64,000 nt of DNA from assembly GCF_050920415.1 (NCBI RefSeq), contig NZ_CP169309.1; one strand, 5' to 3'. The stretch is from Escherichia coli (GTDB lineage Bacteria > Pseudomonadota > Gammaproteobacteria > Enterobacterales > Enterobacteriaceae). The translations under genes were made by a program, and so were the position numbers. The notes under the pieces were generated by a model, which was not told the origin of the DNA, searched no databases, and saw only the letters and a program-made list of their open reading frames with translations. Each line of letters opens with the position of its first letter. The stretch's first letter is position 1. Below, piece by piece: positions 22,891 through 34,768 of this stretch.

Positions 22891-24123
22891 TTATGCGACG
22901 GGGTCTATTTCCCAGCCGGCGCGGCAATCAGTAAAGAGGCCTTGCGGGCAGCGTCCTAATGTCACCCGCGTTGCCTGCTGCCAGTTAGCGAAATCAGTAA
23001 TCGCCTGACGTAACCCTTTTTGCAGCGTTGTCGTTGGTTTAATGCCTTCCTGTAACCACAGAGAGATAACTTCAAGGATGCCTGTCTGGCGATGCATTTT
23101 GGCATCCATTCGCCCAACTAATTGCCCACGATGTAATAACGGCAGAACAAAATAGCCATACTGGCGTTTCGGCGCTGGGGTATAGCACTCCAGCCGGTAG
23201 CTAAAATCAAAAAGCTGCTCCGCGCGTTTGCGATCCCAGACAACAGGATCAAAAGGCGAAAGTACCGCGCTGTGCGTTGCAGTGAGCTTTCCGGCGAGCG
23301 CGCGTTCGAGTAGCGGCAGCAAATCAGCATGCAGCCAAAGATTGCCCAATTTTTCAACATGCACAGCAATGATTTGCTGCTGTTCAGCCCTCGCTTCGCG
23401 CCAAGCCGCCAGTGCCGGACGTTTCAGCCGATAGTAATCTGCCAGCCACTGTTCGCGGAATATGCCCAGGCTACGCGCACTGTTATCCAGCATGATGATT
23501 TCTGCTTCTGTTTGCGAAACGAGATCGCGCTCATCATCCCAGTCAGGCATGACACGGTGGGTTAAATCATAAACGCGCTGGAAGTTGCGCCGTTCAATCA
23601 CCATCACCTTTCCGGCAGTAAATAAACCTTCCAGATGCCGTTTATGCGGCTTCCATTCCCACCAACCGCTTGCACCTTTACGAGAATGCTCGAAATCGGC
23701 TGAACGTACCGGCCCCTTATCATGAATATGTTGAATTAACTGTGCAATTTCTGCCGCATGTTCCTGCATCCAGGCGTCTTTGTATTTCCAGCCCATTTTT
23801 TCAGGTGCCAGCATGCGGTGGCGAATAAGACGAAAATCGCTACGTGGCATAAAGCAGGCTTCATGCGCCCAGTATTCCATTAATTCGCCACGCGCCAGAG
23901 ACTCATCCAACCACTGCGCAGGATAATTTCCCAGACGACTGAAAAGCACCAGATATGGACTACGGGCAACAATATTGATGGTATCGATTCGCAGCAAGGA
24001 CATGCGGGAGATCGTTGCCGGAATATCCTCCAACGACGCTCGACGGCGGGGTTTGTTTAACAGGCCTTGCGCGGCAAGGTGAAGATTACGCGCATCAGCA
24101 AGGGAGAGGTGCGGCAGCGACAT
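22891..24123 (-). CDS. ycaQ: Winged-helix DNA glycosylase-like protein YcaQ (HTH_42 / AlkZ-like family)
   Basis: 410-aa ORF positioned between lpxK and ycaR as in K-12; family assignment from memory of this locus, not from a motif I can verify by eye. Confidence 0.8.
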   Translation of the reverse strand: MSLPHLSLADARNLHLAAQGLLNKPRRRASLEDIPATISRMSLLRIDTINIVARSPYLVLFSRLGNYPAQWLDESLARGELMEYWAHEACFMPRSDFRLIRHRMLAPEKMGWKYKDAWMQEHAAEIAQLIQHIHDKGPVRSADFEHSRKGASGWWEWKPHKRHLEGLFTAGKVMVIERRNFQRVYDLTHRVMPDWDDERDLVSQTEAEIIMLDNSARSLGIFREQWLADYYRLKRPALAAWREARAEQQQIIAVHVEKLGNLWLHADLLPLLERALAGKLTATHSAVLSPFDPVVWDRKRAEQLFDFSYRLECYTPAPKRQYGYFVLPLLHRGQLVGRMDAKMHRQTGILEVISLWLQEGIKPTTTLQKGLRQAITDFANWQQATRVTLGRCPQGLFTDCRAGWEIDPVA

Positions 24124-24159
24124 TCATGACTCCGTCAATCGAACGCTGCCGCGGCGTAA

Positions 24160-25146
24160 CTAGTTGCCAGAAGCCAGCGAGGTTAGTTGCGCAAGCAGTT
24201 TCGCTGGTTCATCGCCTGAAAGCTGTGCGTCAACAGGCAAATACCACCAATTATCATCTGCAAAGGCCCGGCATTTCACCGCATCTTTTTCAGTCATAAC
24301 TAGCGTTTGCCCGTCGCTTACCAACGCGCTGACATCCGTATAATTCAAAGACTGATGATCGGCCAGTGGTACACATTTTTCCGGTTGTACGCCGCACATC
24401 TTCAGCGTGGCAAAAAAGCGCGGCGGATGCCCAATCCCCGCCATCGCCACCACATGTTCAAGTTGAGCAACGTCACAACGCGTACCGGTACGTAAATTCA
24501 CCGCCTGCCCCGGCAGCAGATGCATGGGGATTTCACCGCTGCGGGGGACACCGCCGTTGACGATTACCGCATCAACCGACTTTAAGCGCCCCGCTCGCTC
24601 ACGCATTGGCCCCGCCGGCAACCACCAGCCATTGCCAAAGCGACGCACGCCATCAATAACGACGATTTCAACATCACGCGCCAGACGATAATGCTGTAAA
24701 CCGTCGTCGGTTACGATGATCTGCACATCAGGGTGTTGCGCCAGAATGGCTTTTACCGCATCAGAACGCACGGGAGAAACCGCAACAGGCGCGCCAGTGC
24801 GTTGATAAATCAACACAGGTTCATCACCCGCCTGTGCTGTGGTGGTATCTACCGACAATAACAGCGGATACGATTCAGCCTTACCGCCATATCCCCGGGA
24901 CACGACTCCCACGCGAATACCGCGCTGTTGCAACTGTTCCACCAGCCAGACAACGACCGGAGTTTTTCCGTTGCCGCCAGCGGTGAGATTACCAACCACG
25001 ACAACCGGTACGGGGGCACGCCAGGCGCGCTTCAGTTTTAGTTTATAGCAAAGACGGATCGCGCCACTCACCAGACCATACAACCAGGAGAGTGGCAGCA
25101 ATAGCCGCCACAAAGGGGATTCACCAGACCAGATTTTTTCGATCAT
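24160..25146 (-). CDS. lpxK: Tetraacyldisaccharide 4'-kinase (lipid A biosynthesis)
   Basis: 328-aa ORF; P-loop [12 protein letters not shown] visible; start overlaps the msbA stop. Confidence 0.94.
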   Translation of the reverse strand: MIEKIWSGESPLWRLLLPLSWLYGLVSGAIRLCYKLKLKRAWRAPVPVVVVGNLTAGGNGKTPVVVWLVEQLQQRGIRVGVVSRGYGGKAESYPLLLSVDTTTAQAGDEPVLIYQRTGAPVAVSPVRSDAVKAILAQHPDVQIIVTDDGLQHYRLARDVEIVVIDGVRRFGNGWWLPAGPMRERAGRLKSVDAVIVNGGVPRSGEIPMHLLPGQAVNLRTGTRCDVAQLEHVVAMAGIGHPPRFFATLKMCGVQPEKCVPLADHQSLNYTDVSALVSDGQTLVMTEKDAVKCRAFADDNWWYLPVDAQLSGDEPAKLLAQLTSLASGN

Positions 25147-26891
25147 TGGCCAAACTGCATTTTGTGAAGTTGCGCGTAAACGCCACGGTGCTCAAGCAAA
25201 TCGTTATGCGTACCGCGTTCCACAATGACACCATCCTCGACGACCACGATTTCGTCTGCCTTTTCAATGGTAGACAAGCGGTGGGCAATCACCAGAGAGG
25301 TACGGTTTTTCTGCAACTCATCCAGTGCCGCCTGAATCGCACGTTCAGATTCGGTATCCAGCGCCGAGGTAGCTTCGTCCAGAATCAGAATCGGGCTATC
25401 ACGCAACAAGGCTCGAGCGATGGCAATACGCTGACGCTGACCGCCAGAGAGCAGCACGCCGTTTTCACCAATCACTGTATCGAGACCGTTATCCATCTTA
25501 TTGATGAAGTCCATGGCGTAGGCCATACGCGCCGCTTCTTCAATTTGCTCACGGCTGTACTGTTCTGTCCGTGCGTAAGCAATGTTGTTGGCAACCGTAT
25601 CGTTAAACAGATGGACATTCTGCGACACCAGAGCAACCTGGTTACGTAAAGACGCCAGGGTATACTCGCGCAGATCGTGACCATCCATCAGGATTTCGCC
25701 TTCATCAATATCGTAAAAACGTGTGATTAGGCTGGCGATGGTTGATTTACCTGAACCAGAGCGTCCAACCAGAGCAACCGTCTTCCCTGCCGGAATTTTC
25801 AGGTTGATGTTACGCAATGCGGGTACATCACGTCCCGGATAAGTAAAGGTGACATTGCGGAATTCTACGTCGCCAGTCGCACGCTCGATCACGCGCTTAC
25901 CTTCGTCTTTCTCCTGCTCACTGTCCAGAATGGTAAACAGCGTCTGACAAGCCGCCATACCGCGCTGGAACTGGGCGTTAACGTTGGTCAGCGATTTCAG
26001 CGGACGCATCAGTGCAATCATTGAAGAGAAAACAACGGTAATCGTACCGGCAGTCAGGCTATCCATGACGCTAGGGAAGCTCGCCGCATACAGAACAAAC
26101 GCCAGCGCTAAAGAGGCGATCAACTGAATGATCGGATCAGAGATGGAAGAGGCTGAAACCATTTTCATCCCCTGAAGACGCATTCGGTTACTGACTTTAT
26201 CGAAGCGTTTCGTTTCCACCTCCTGACCACCAAAAATCAATACTTCTTTGTGGCCCTTCAGCATTTGTTCTGCGCTGGTGGTCACCTGCCCCATGGTGTT
26301 CTGCATGTTTTTACTGATGTTGCGAAAACGCTTCGATACAACGCGAATCGCAATCGAAACAATCGGTGCCAGCACAATCAAAATGATCGACAGTTGCCAA
26401 CTGTAATAGAACATCATGATGAACAGGCCGATGATCGACGCACCTTCACGCACAACAGTAATCAGTGCGCCGGAAGAAGAAGAAGCAACCTGTTCGGAAT
26501 CGTAGGTGATACGTGACAACAGCGTACCCGTTGACTGTTTGTCAAAGAATGAAACTGGCATTCCCATCATGTGACCAAACAGGCGGCGACGCATGGTCAT
26601 TACCACCTTTCCTGATACCCAGGAGATACAGTAGCTGGAGACATAGCTGGTGATACCACGTAAAATCATCAGCCCGATCACCACCAGCGGCATCCACACC
26701 AGCACGGAGCGATCTGTTTTACCAAAGCCATCATCAAGAAGTGGCTTAAGGAGCGATAACATGAAGGTATCGCTGGCTGCGTTGAGGATTAACGCTACGC
26801 CCGCCACGATCAGACCCGCTTTAAAAGGCGCAATGGTTGGCCACAGTCGGCGGAACGTCTGCCACGTAGAGAGATCTTTGTCGTTATGCAT
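25143..26891 (-). CDS. msbA: Lipid A / LPS flippase MsbA (ABC exporter, fused permease-ATPase)
   Basis: 582-aa ORF; Walker [13 protein letters not shown] signature LSGGQRQR and six N-terminal TM segments visible. Confidence 0.97.
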   Translation of the reverse strand: MHNDKDLSTWQTFRRLWPTIAPFKAGLIVAGVALILNAASDTFMLSLLKPLLDDGFGKTDRSVLVWMPLVVIGLMILRGITSYVSSYCISWVSGKVVMTMRRRLFGHMMGMPVSFFDKQSTGTLLSRITYDSEQVASSSSGALITVVREGASIIGLFIMMFYYSWQLSIILIVLAPIVSIAIRVVSKRFRNISKNMQNTMGQVTTSAEQMLKGHKEVLIFGGQEVETKRFDKVSNRMRLQGMKMVSASSISDPIIQLIASLALAFVLYAASFPSVMDSLTAGTITVVFSSMIALMRPLKSLTNVNAQFQRGMAACQTLFTILDSEQEKDEGKRVIERATGDVEFRNVTFTYPGRDVPALRNINLKIPAGKTVALVGRSGSGKSTIASLITRFYDIDEGEILMDGHDLREYTLASLRNQVALVSQNVHLFNDTVANNIAYARTEQYSREQIEEAARMAYAMDFINKMDNGLDTVIGENGVLLSGGQRQRIAIARALLRDSPILILDEATSALDTESERAIQAALDELQKNRTSLVIAHRLSTIEKADEIVVVEDGVIVERGTHNDLLEHRGVYAQLHKMQFGQ

Positions 26892-26927
26892 TCAAAAAAC
26901 CAGCATTTGTTGAAATAGCCGCATATT

Positions 26928-29192
26928 CTACCCGTTATCCACTGGCACGCCAAACCACTGATGATACCAACGAGGTAAAATTTGCTCCCTGAGGCTGCTA
27001 ATCCGCCAGCCTTGCGCTGAAAAATCGACCGTTACTTGCCCCTGATGAGGAGTATCAAGCCACGTATAACCCTGTTGTTGATAGCGATGCTTAACTTTGT
27101 TAGAGGGCAGTCGCCATGCGTTATAGCGCGATGCCGATGCGAGTGCCACTTTTCCATTCACTCGCTGAATTAATGGCAACGATGATGAGGTATTACTGCC
27201 ATGGTGAGGTACCTGAAGTAATGTTGCCTGCATTTGCTGCCAGTAACGGCTTAGCATCTTTTGTTCAGCGGGGGCTTCAATATCACCGGTTAGAAGAATG
27301 CTATTCGTCCCGTCATCAATCTTAACCACACAGGAATGGTTATTTCCTTTATCGTTGCTACCTTGTAAAGGCCAGTGCGCGCTGAAACGCAATCCTTGCC
27401 ATTGCCACGCTTCGCCACGCACACAGGGCTGATGATGTTCCCAGCTTAAAGGGCTTCTGACCCATAACGTCGGCCAGGCTCGTAATATCGAGTCCAGCCC
27501 TCCCCGATGATCCAGATGTTCATGACTCAAAATGACGCCTTCTGGTTCAAGATTATGCCAGCGTAGCCAGGGGATAATCAGTTGTTGCCCACTATCCCCC
27601 TCCGGCCAGGCCAGTCCGGTGTCATAGAGAATCGCTTTACCGTTTCGCGCAATGACCATTGCCAGCCCTTGCCCGACATCAAGCATGTACACCTGCCACG
27701 CGTCAGGCCGAGGTTTTTGCCACAGCGGCCAGCACATCAGCAAGCCTCCAGCCACACACATTGCCGGCAACGCTCGCCAGGCGTTTAATCGCCATACCAC
27801 CAGTAAGAACCATGGGGAAAATGTTAGCCATTGCCAACGTTCAGCAATGTTGATCCACCCTTCCGGCAAACTCTTTAACCCCCAGAAAAGTAAAGCCAAA
27901 GACCGGTCGGCAAGAAACCATACTCCTTGTTCTACGATTAACGGCCCGCTTAAATGCATAACCATCGCTGCGAGGATCAACGGAACCGTGATAAATGTCA
28001 CCAGGGGAATTGCAAATAGGTTTGCAATAAACGAGGTCAGACTAATGCCATGAAATATGACGATTTGCACGGGCATAAGCAGGAGGGTGATTCCCAGTTG
28101 CAGATGGATGAGGGAAACAACCGCGCGCAATACCGGCGGCAGCTGCCACTCCGGACAGGGAAACCACTGATACCAAAAAATCAGTGCCGCGACCGCAGCG
28201 GCAGAGAGCCATAAACTTTGCGAGAGAATGGCAACAGGATCCATCAGCAAAATTGCCGCCAGACAACATATCCATACATCCCAGCCACTCCATTGTCGTC
28301 CACTTAACTTAAGCATTCCCCAAATGGCAAGCGCCACCACGGTACGCAATGCAGGAGGTTGCATTCCCGTTAGCCAGGCGTAAAAAGCAGCACAGCAGAT
28401 TCCACCAATTAATGGCATTTGCCAGTGGATCCAGCACCCAGGCAGAAAAACTTGCCCACCGCGAATGAGTCCTGCAGCCAGCAACGCCGCAAAAGCGATG
28501 TGCAATCCTGATATCGCCATTAAATGCGCCGTTCCAGTATCACGCATGATATTTTTGATTTCTTTGGGGACGGATAACCGTTCCCCCATACCTAATCCAA
28601 GAATAACCGCGTTCCACATATAGGGTTGCAGCGTTGTTTGTAGTGACGCCAGATACTGTGCACGCAGGCTACAATTCGGTTCAATGACACTTGCCTGCAG
28701 AAAACGCCCGGTGAGCGGTTGATGCTGGGCAATGGCATAACGCTGGCTATCAAAGCCGCCATCATTAAGTTGGCCATGAACTGCACGAACTTTGAGTTTC
28801 ATTGACCATACTTGTCCGGCACAAACCGCTTGCGGAAGATATTCGCCATACAGTACGAGGCCTGGCGCAGGGAATATACGTCGACCTTGTAGATGAGTAA
28901 TTTGACCGTAATGAGTGGTCATGCCGTCAGTAGCAATGATCTCAACAATTGCATCCTGCGTCGAGCCAGTTAAGGTTTCTCCTGCCCACAAAATTTGCTT
29001 TGCCGCTGATATGCCCCAAAGAAAAAACAGCAACGTCAGCGCGATATAACGGACGGCTTTAACACGAATAAATGCCAGTACGCAGGCGAAGATAGTCAGA
29101 AGCACAAGGGTTACTGTCCCTGGCAATTGGGGCAAAATCAGCAACGGAAAAATTCCGCAAATTATGCATACTCCGACTGTCGTTATTTTCAT
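26928..29192 (-). CDS. ycaI: ComEC/Rec2-family inner-membrane protein with C-terminal metallo-beta-lactamase domain (YcaI)
   Basis: ORF track 26928..29222; start chosen at the ATG at 29192 (MKITTVGVCIICGIF), giving 754 aa; polytopic membrane N-terminal part and C-terminal SHEHLDHRGG (HxHxDH) motif. Confidence 0.88.
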   Translation of the reverse strand: MKITTVGVCIICGIFPLLILPQLPGTVTLVLLTIFACVLAFIRVKAVRYIALTLLFFLWGISAAKQILWAGETLTGSTQDAIVEIIATDGMTTHYGQITHLQGRRIFPAPGLVLYGEYLPQAVCAGQVWSMKLKVRAVHGQLNDGGFDSQRYAIAQHQPLTGRFLQASVIEPNCSLRAQYLASLQTTLQPYMWNAVILGLGMGERLSVPKEIKNIMRDTGTAHLMAISGLHIAFAALLAAGLIRGGQVFLPGCWIHWQMPLIGGICCAAFYAWLTGMQPPALRTVVALAIWGMLKLSGRQWSGWDVWICCLAAILLMDPVAILSQSLWLSAAAVAALIFWYQWFPCPEWQLPPVLRAVVSLIHLQLGITLLLMPVQIVIFHGISLTSFIANLFAIPLVTFITVPLILAAMVMHLSGPLIVEQGVWFLADRSLALLFWGLKSLPEGWINIAERWQWLTFSPWFLLVVWRLNAWRALPAMCVAGGLLMCWPLWQKPRPDAWQVYMLDVGQGLAMVIARNGKAILYDTGLAWPEGDSGQQLIIPWLRWHNLEPEGVILSHEHLDHRGGLDSILRAWPTLWVRSPLSWEHHQPCVRGEAWQWQGLRFSAHWPLQGSNDKGNNHSCVVKIDDGTNSILLTGDIEAPAEQKMLSRYWQQMQATLLQVPHHGSNTSSSLPLIQRVNGKVALASASRYNAWRLPSNKVKHRYQQQGYTWLDTPHQGQVTVDFSAQGWRISSLREQILPRWYHQWFGVPVDNG

Positions 29193-29397
29193 GCACCCTC
29201 CCTGTTTATAGAAAGTGTGCAACTTTGTTGAATGGTTGTCTGGTGGAAGTTTTGCGTTCCCCGAGGCACGTTCAGAAGAATTTAACGACAGGGTGAAAAC
29301 TGCTCAAAACTCTGCGAGGCAGCTTCCAGTTCCAGATTAGAGAAATGAAAAAAGCACCCGACAGGTGCTTTTCTCGCGTTCAAGTTTGAGTAAAAAC

Positions 29398-29682
29398 TTA
29401 ACCGTAAATATTGGCGCGATCGCGCAGTTCTTTACCTGGTTTAAAGTGAGGAACGTATTTTCCTTCCAGTTCTACTTTATCGCCAGTCTTCGGATTACGT
29501 CCGGTACGTGGTGCGCGGTAGTGCAAAGAGAAACTGCCGAAACCGCGGATTTCAATACGCTCGCCCTGCGCAAGAGTCGAGGCCATATGCTCCAGCATCT
29601 CTTTTACTGCATCTTCAACCGTCTTGGCGGGAATGTGCGATTGCTGGGTGGCAAGTCTTTCTATCAATTCTGACTTGGTCAT
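29398..29682 (-). CDS. ihfB: Integration host factor subunit beta
   Basis: 94-aa [14 protein letters not shown]...; HU/IHF family. Confidence 0.96.
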
Positions 29683-29737
29683 GATTCCTCCGGTTCCTTA
29701 AAGGCAAATTTAGCGGCTGCTGTTGCTGCATTGATTA

Positions 29738-29762
29738 AGGGCGGCCGTAGCCGCCCTTAGTG
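29738..29762 (-). terminator. Candidate hairpin terminator/attenuator between rpsA and ihfB
   Basis: Seen directly: perfect 9-bp stem AAGGGCGGC-CGTA-GCCGCCCTT; the downstream T-run on the minus strand is weak, so this may be a partial terminator. Confidence 0.45.
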
Positions 29763-29841
29763 CTTGATTACAGGACGAAACCTGCAATCTGTCAAGTAAA
29801 CTCAACAAACTTCGGAATAAAAATCCCGAAGAGTCAGAGAA

Positions 29842-31515
29842 TTACTCGCCTTTAGCTGCTTTGAAAGCTTCAGCCATTGCGTTGTTGGAGAAGTTTGCAT
29901 CTTCCTGTTTGTTAACAGTTGCGATTGCATCTTTCTCGTCAGCTTCGTCTTTCGCACGAACAGACAGGCTGATTGCGCGGTTTTTACGATCAACGCCGGT
30001 GAATTTAGCTTCAACTTCGTCGCCAACGCTCAGAACCAGGGTAGCGTCTTCAACGCGGTCACGGGATGCTTCAGAAGCACGCAGGTAACCTTCTACGCCG
30101 TCAGCCAGTTCTACGGTTGCGCCTTTAGCGTCAACTGCAGTTACTTTACCGGTTACGATAGCGCCTTTCTTGTTCAGAGCAACCCAGTTGTTGAACGGAT
30201 CTTCTGCGAGCTGTTTAACGCCCAGGGAGATACGTTCACGTTCTGCGTCAACCTGCAGAACAACTGCAGCGATTTCGTCGCCTTTTTTGTATTCACGAAC
30301 TGCTTCTTCGCCTGCAACGTTCCAGGAGATGTCAGACAGGTGAACCAGGCCGTCGATGCCGCCGTCCAGGCCGATGAAGATACCGAAGTCAGTGATAGAC
30401 TTGATTTTACCTTCAACACGGTCACCCTTGTTGTGGGTTTCCGCGAACTGCTGCCACGGGTTAGCTTTGCACTGTTTCAGACCCAGGGAGATACGACGAC
30501 GTTCTTCGTCGATATCCAGAACCATAACTTCCACTACATCGCCAACGTTAACAACTTTGGACGGGTGGATGTTTTTGTTGGTCCAATCCATTTCGGAAAC
30601 GTGTACCAGGCCTTCAACGCCTTCTTCGATTTCAACGAAGCAGCCGTAGTCGGTCAGGTTGGTCACGCGACCAGTCAGTTTGGTACCTTCCGGATAACGT
30701 TTAGCGATAGCTACCCACGGATCTTCGCCCAGCTGTTTCAGGCCCAGGGATACACGGGTACGTTCGCGGTCGAACTTCAGCACTTTAACAGTGATTTCGT
30801 CGCCCACGTTGACGATTTCGCTCGGATGCTTAACACGTTTCCAGGCCATATCAGTGATGTGCAGCAGGCCGTCAACGCCGCCCAGATCAACGAATGCACC
30901 GTAGTCAGTGAGGTTCTTAACGATACCTTTAACTTCCATGCCTTCCTGCAGGTTTTCCAGCAGCTGATCGCGCTCTGCGCTGTTTTCGGATTCGATAACG
31001 GCACGACGAGAAACAACAACGTTGTTGCGCTTCTGATCCAGCTTGATTACTTTGAATTCAAGCTCTTTGCCTTCCAGGTGCAGAGTGTCACGCACCGGAC
31101 GAACGTCTACCAGAGAACCTGGCAGGAACGCACGAATACCGTTCAGCTCAACAGTGAAGCCGCCCTTAACTTTGCCGTTGATAACACCGGTAACAGTTTC
31201 AGCATCTTCGTAAGCTTTTTCCAGCGTGATCCAGGCTTCGTGACGTTTAGCTTTCTCACGGGACAGCAGAGTTTCACCGAAGCCGTCTTCTACTGCGTCC
31301 AGAGCAACGTCAACTTCGTCACCTACCTGGATTTCCAGCTCGCCCTGGGCGTTTTTGAACTGCTCAGCCGGGATGGCGGACTCAGATTTCAGACCAGCGT
31401 CAACCAGTACTACGTCTTTGTCGATAGCAACAACAACGCCACGAACGATAGAACCCGGGCGGGTTTCGATTTCTTTTAAGGACTCTTCAAAGAGTTGAGC
31501 AAAAGATTCAGTCAT
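29842..31515 (-). CDS. rpsA: 30S ribosomal protein S1
   Basis: 557-aa ORF with six repeated S1 domains, N-terminus [24 protein letters not shown]. Confidence 0.97.
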
Positions 31516-31625
31516 GTTTAATCTTCAGGTTTATATTTAACGTCCACCTGGCTCCATGCCGGATGGGGTTGTTTAACATACCCGCTGTCATTCCATTGCA
31601 ACGGGGGTACTGCAAATTCGGTCGC

Positions 31626-32309
31626 TTATGCGAGAGCCAATTTCTGGCGCGCGTATTGTAGCGCTTTTTCAATCACTTGCTCAATGCTTAAGGTGGTGGA
31701 ATCCAACACTAAAGCATCGGCTGCCGGAACCAGTGGCGCTACCGCTCGGTTACGATCGCGGTCGTCGCGTTCTTTGATCTCGGCCAAAAGGCGCTCAAAG
31801 TTAACACTAAAGCCCTTCTCCTGCAACTGTAGCATGCGGCGATGCGCACGTTCTTCCGAGGAGGCGTCAAGGAAAATTTTCACTGGCGCATCAGGGAATA
31901 CCACCGTTCCCATATCGCGGCCATCGGCAATCAAGCCTGGTAATTCGCGAAACGCGCGTTGGCGACGCAATAATGCTTCACGAACGCGTGGGAATGCCGC
32001 GACTTGTGAAGCAGCATTCGCCACTTCCTGAGTACGAATTTCGCCGCTGACATCTTCCCCTTCGAGGATCACTTCCAGATTGCCATTGGTCGACACAAAA
32101 CGTACATCCAGATGGGATGCCAGCGGCACGAGCGCATCTTCCGTTGCAACATCAACATGGTGATGTAATGCCGCCAGTGCCAGTACGCGATAAATTGCAC
32201 CCGAGTCCAGCAGATGCCATTGCAACGCTTCCGCCATAGCCTTACACAAGGTGCCTTTCCCTGCACCGCTTGGGCCATCAATGGTAATAACCGGGGCAAT
32301 TGCCGTCAT
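31626..32309 (-). CDS. cmk: Cytidylate kinase
   Basis: 227-aa ORF; P-loop GPSGAGKGT visible. Confidence 0.95.
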   Translation of the reverse strand: MTAIAPVITIDGPSGAGKGTLCKAMAEALQWHLLDSGAIYRVLALAALHHHVDVATEDALVPLASHLDVRFVSTNGNLEVILEGEDVSGEIRTQEVANAASQVAAFPRVREALLRRQRAFRELPGLIADGRDMGTVVFPDAPVKIFLDASSEERAHRRMLQLQEKGFSVNFERLLAEIKERDDRDRNRAVAPLVPAADALVLDSTTLSIEQVIEKALQYARQKLALA

Positions 32310-32481
32310 CTTTATCTCCTTAAAACAGGCGTACCGTTAACATAACCGCGCGCATTATACGCGCCGACGCCACAAATCGTTAACGTTGTGTGCAAAAACC
32401 AGTTTTGTCTGTATTCAGATGGGGATTTATTGCGCAATTATAGCGGGCTGGCAGAAGACCAGCCCGAAAGATGACAATGAT

Positions 32482-33246
32482 TTACTTACCAGAGGCGATA
32501 CGATCACGGATGTGTTGCGCACGCTCTGTTGATGGTGGATGAGAGTCAAACATGGACTGGGTACGGCCGCCATCCAGGCTGGCCAATTTTTCAAAGCTGC
32601 CAACCAGCCCCTGGGTGCTGATGCCACGTTTCTTCAACAGATCAAAGGAGAAATCATCTGCTTCGGACTCTTTATCGCGGGAGTATTTAGCATTGATCGC
32701 GCCTTCTGCGATATCACCTAATTGTGAGCGAGAAAGCTGGGAAGCCACACCGCTGGTAGCGGAAATCGCATCACGTGCGGCAACGATCGCATAAGAAGCT
32801 TTCATTTCAGCCAGCGAGTGACCCAACGCGACGTGGCCCAGTTCATGACCCAGAACGCCTTCAATTTCGTTGTCGTTCATCATGTCCATCAGGCCACTGT
32901 AGACACGAACACAGCCGTTCGCCATCGCCCATGCGTTGACGTCGCTGGTCATATAAACCTTATAGTTGACCGGCGTGCCATTAATATTGTTACCCAATGC
33001 TTTGGCGATTTTTGCCAGACGTTTACCGTACTTGCTGGATTTACTTGCGACTTGATTGCCGCTGTCCATTTCGGCACAGCCCTGATTGGCAATCGCTTTT
33101 GCATCAGCATCGCTTAACGTTGCTGCTTTATAGGCATTTAAACCTGAGCTGATAGCCATATTGGTATCAATACCGTGGGTATTCTGACACCCTGTCAGTA
33201 AAGCTGCAGAGGCCGCAATCGCCAGCAGTAATTTAGTATTCTTCAT
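32482..33246 (-). CDS. ycaL: Putative M48-family zinc metalloprotease lipoprotein YcaL
   Basis: ORF track 32482..33270; start chosen at the ATG at 33246 (MKNTKLLLAIAASAALLTGC, lipobox); HELGH zinc motif (GVLGHELGHVALGH). Confidence 0.88.
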   Translation of the reverse strand: MKNTKLLLAIAASAALLTGCQNTHGIDTNMAISSGLNAYKAATLSDADAKAIANQGCAEMDSGNQVASKSSKYGKRLAKIAKALGNNINGTPVNYKVYMTSDVNAWAMANGCVRVYSGLMDMMNDNEIEGVLGHELGHVALGHSLAEMKASYAIVAARDAISATSGVASQLSRSQLGDIAEGAINAKYSRDKESEADDFSFDLLKKRGISTQGLVGSFEKLASLDGGRTQSMFDSHPPSTERAQHIRDRIASGK

Positions 33247-33414
33247 GTGAATCATCCGTTGATTAATCATATATAAATATTATGTATCAATAACTTACAT
33301 CGACAAACGACGCTACCATTAATCAAAATGACTCACAAGGTCCGAAAAAAAACGCCGGCAATGTGCCGACGTATTGATAAAGAAAGATTTGGCTATTTAT
33401 TGCACGTTGTTCAT

Positions 33415-34698
33415 TCAGGCTGCCTGGCTAATCCGCGCCAGCTGCTCGAAATAATCCGGAAATGTTTTGGCCGTGCATTTGGGATCAAGAATCGTCACTG
33501 GTGTATCTGACAACGCCACCAGCGAGAAACACATCGCCATCCGGTGATCATTGTATGTTGCGATCTCGGCAAAGTTCAGTTTTTCCGGTGGAGTGATACG
33601 AATGTAATCGTGCCCCTCTTCTACTTCCGCGCCGACTTTACGTAGCTCTGTTGCCATCGCAAACAGGCGATCGGTCTCTTTAACACGCCAGTTATAGATA
33701 TTGCGCAGCGTGGTAGTGCCTTTTGCAAATAATGCCGCCGTGGCAATGGTCATCGCCGCATCGGGAATATGGTTCATATCCATATCAATAGCGTTCAGTT
33801 CACCACGCGTGCAGGAAATATAATCATCGCCCCAGCAAATGGTCGCGCCCATTTTTTCCAGCACATCAGCAAAGCGAATATCACCCTGCATACTGTTGCG
33901 TCCAATGCCGGTCACTTTTACAGTGCCGCCTTTGATTGCTGCTGCTGCCAGGAAGTAAGAAGCCGAAGATGCATCGCCTTCGACCAAATAAGTACCCGGA
34001 GACTGATAAGACTGCCCGCCTTTTACGACAAATTGTTGATAGTGCTGATTTTCAATTTCAACACCAAACGTCTTCATCAGATTGAGTGTGATGTCGATAT
34101 AAGGTTTAGAGACCAGATCGCCTTTAATACGAATCACCGTATCTTCCGGTGCAAGAGGCGCAGTCATTAACAGTGCGGTGAGGAACTGGCTGGAAACGGA
34201 GCCATCAACGTCAACGTTGCCGCCAGTAAAGCCGCCCTGTAAACGCAATGGTGGATAATTTTCTTGTTCCAGGTAAGTGATCTTCGCCCCGCCCAGGCGC
34301 AGCGCATCCACCAGATGACCAATGGGGCGTTCTTTCATACGCGGTTCACCGGTCAGCACAATATCATTGCTACCCAGACAAAGAGCTGCCGCCAGCGGAC
34401 GCATTGCCGTTCCGGCGTTACCGAGGAACAACTCCAGGGCACTTTTTGCGTGTAATGGACCGCCGTTACCGATGATTTCGCAACGCGTACGATCGGCTGA
34501 AAGCGTATAGCTTACCCCTAACGCTGTTAATGCATTCAGCATATGGCGCACGTCATCGCTATCCAGCAGATTGGTTAATACTGTTTTGCCGTGTGCTAAT
34601 GCCGCCAGCAATAAAGCGCGGTTAGAAACGCTCTTGGAACCGGGCAGATTAATGGTGCCATCGACACGAGCGATGGGTTGTAACGTCAGGGATTCCAT
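33415..34698 (-). CDS. aroA: 3-phosphoshikimate 1-carboxyvinyltransferase (EPSP synthase)
   Basis: 427-aa ORF, N-terminus [35 protein letters not shown]. Confidence 0.97.
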   Translation of the reverse strand: MESLTLQPIARVDGTINLPGSKSVSNRALLLAALAHGKTVLTNLLDSDDVRHMLNALTALGVSYTLSADRTRCEIIGNGGPLHAKSALELFLGNAGTAMRPLAAALCLGSNDIVLTGEPRMKERPIGHLVDALRLGGAKITYLEQENYPPLRLQGGFTGGNVDVDGSVSSQFLTALLMTAPLAPEDTVIRIKGDLVSKPYIDITLNLMKTFGVEIENQHYQQFVVKGGQSYQSPGTYLVEGDASSASYFLAAAAIKGGTVKVTGIGRNSMQGDIRFADVLEKMGATICWGDDYISCTRGELNAIDMDMNHIPDAAMTIATAALFAKGTTTLRNIYNWRVKETDRLFAMATELRKVGAEVEEGHDYIRITPPEKLNFAEIATYNDHRMAMCFSLVALSDTPVTILDPKCTAKTFPDYFEQLARISQAA

Positions 34699-34768
34699 GA
34701 ACTCAACTCTCTACAACAGAAATAAAAACCCCACAGGCTGGCTGTGGGGATTAAGCAAAATTTCGGCA

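Noticed and set aside
30340-31479. 379-aa plus-strand ORF lying entirely antisense inside rpsA (also 29861-30088 and 30356-30649)
   Set aside because: Fully embedded in the opposite strand of a gene whose translation is unmistakably ribosomal protein S1. The highly biased codon usage of rpsA depletes stop codons in the antisense frame. The translation is low-complexity (F/N/V-rich) with no recognisable domain and no ribosome-binding site context.
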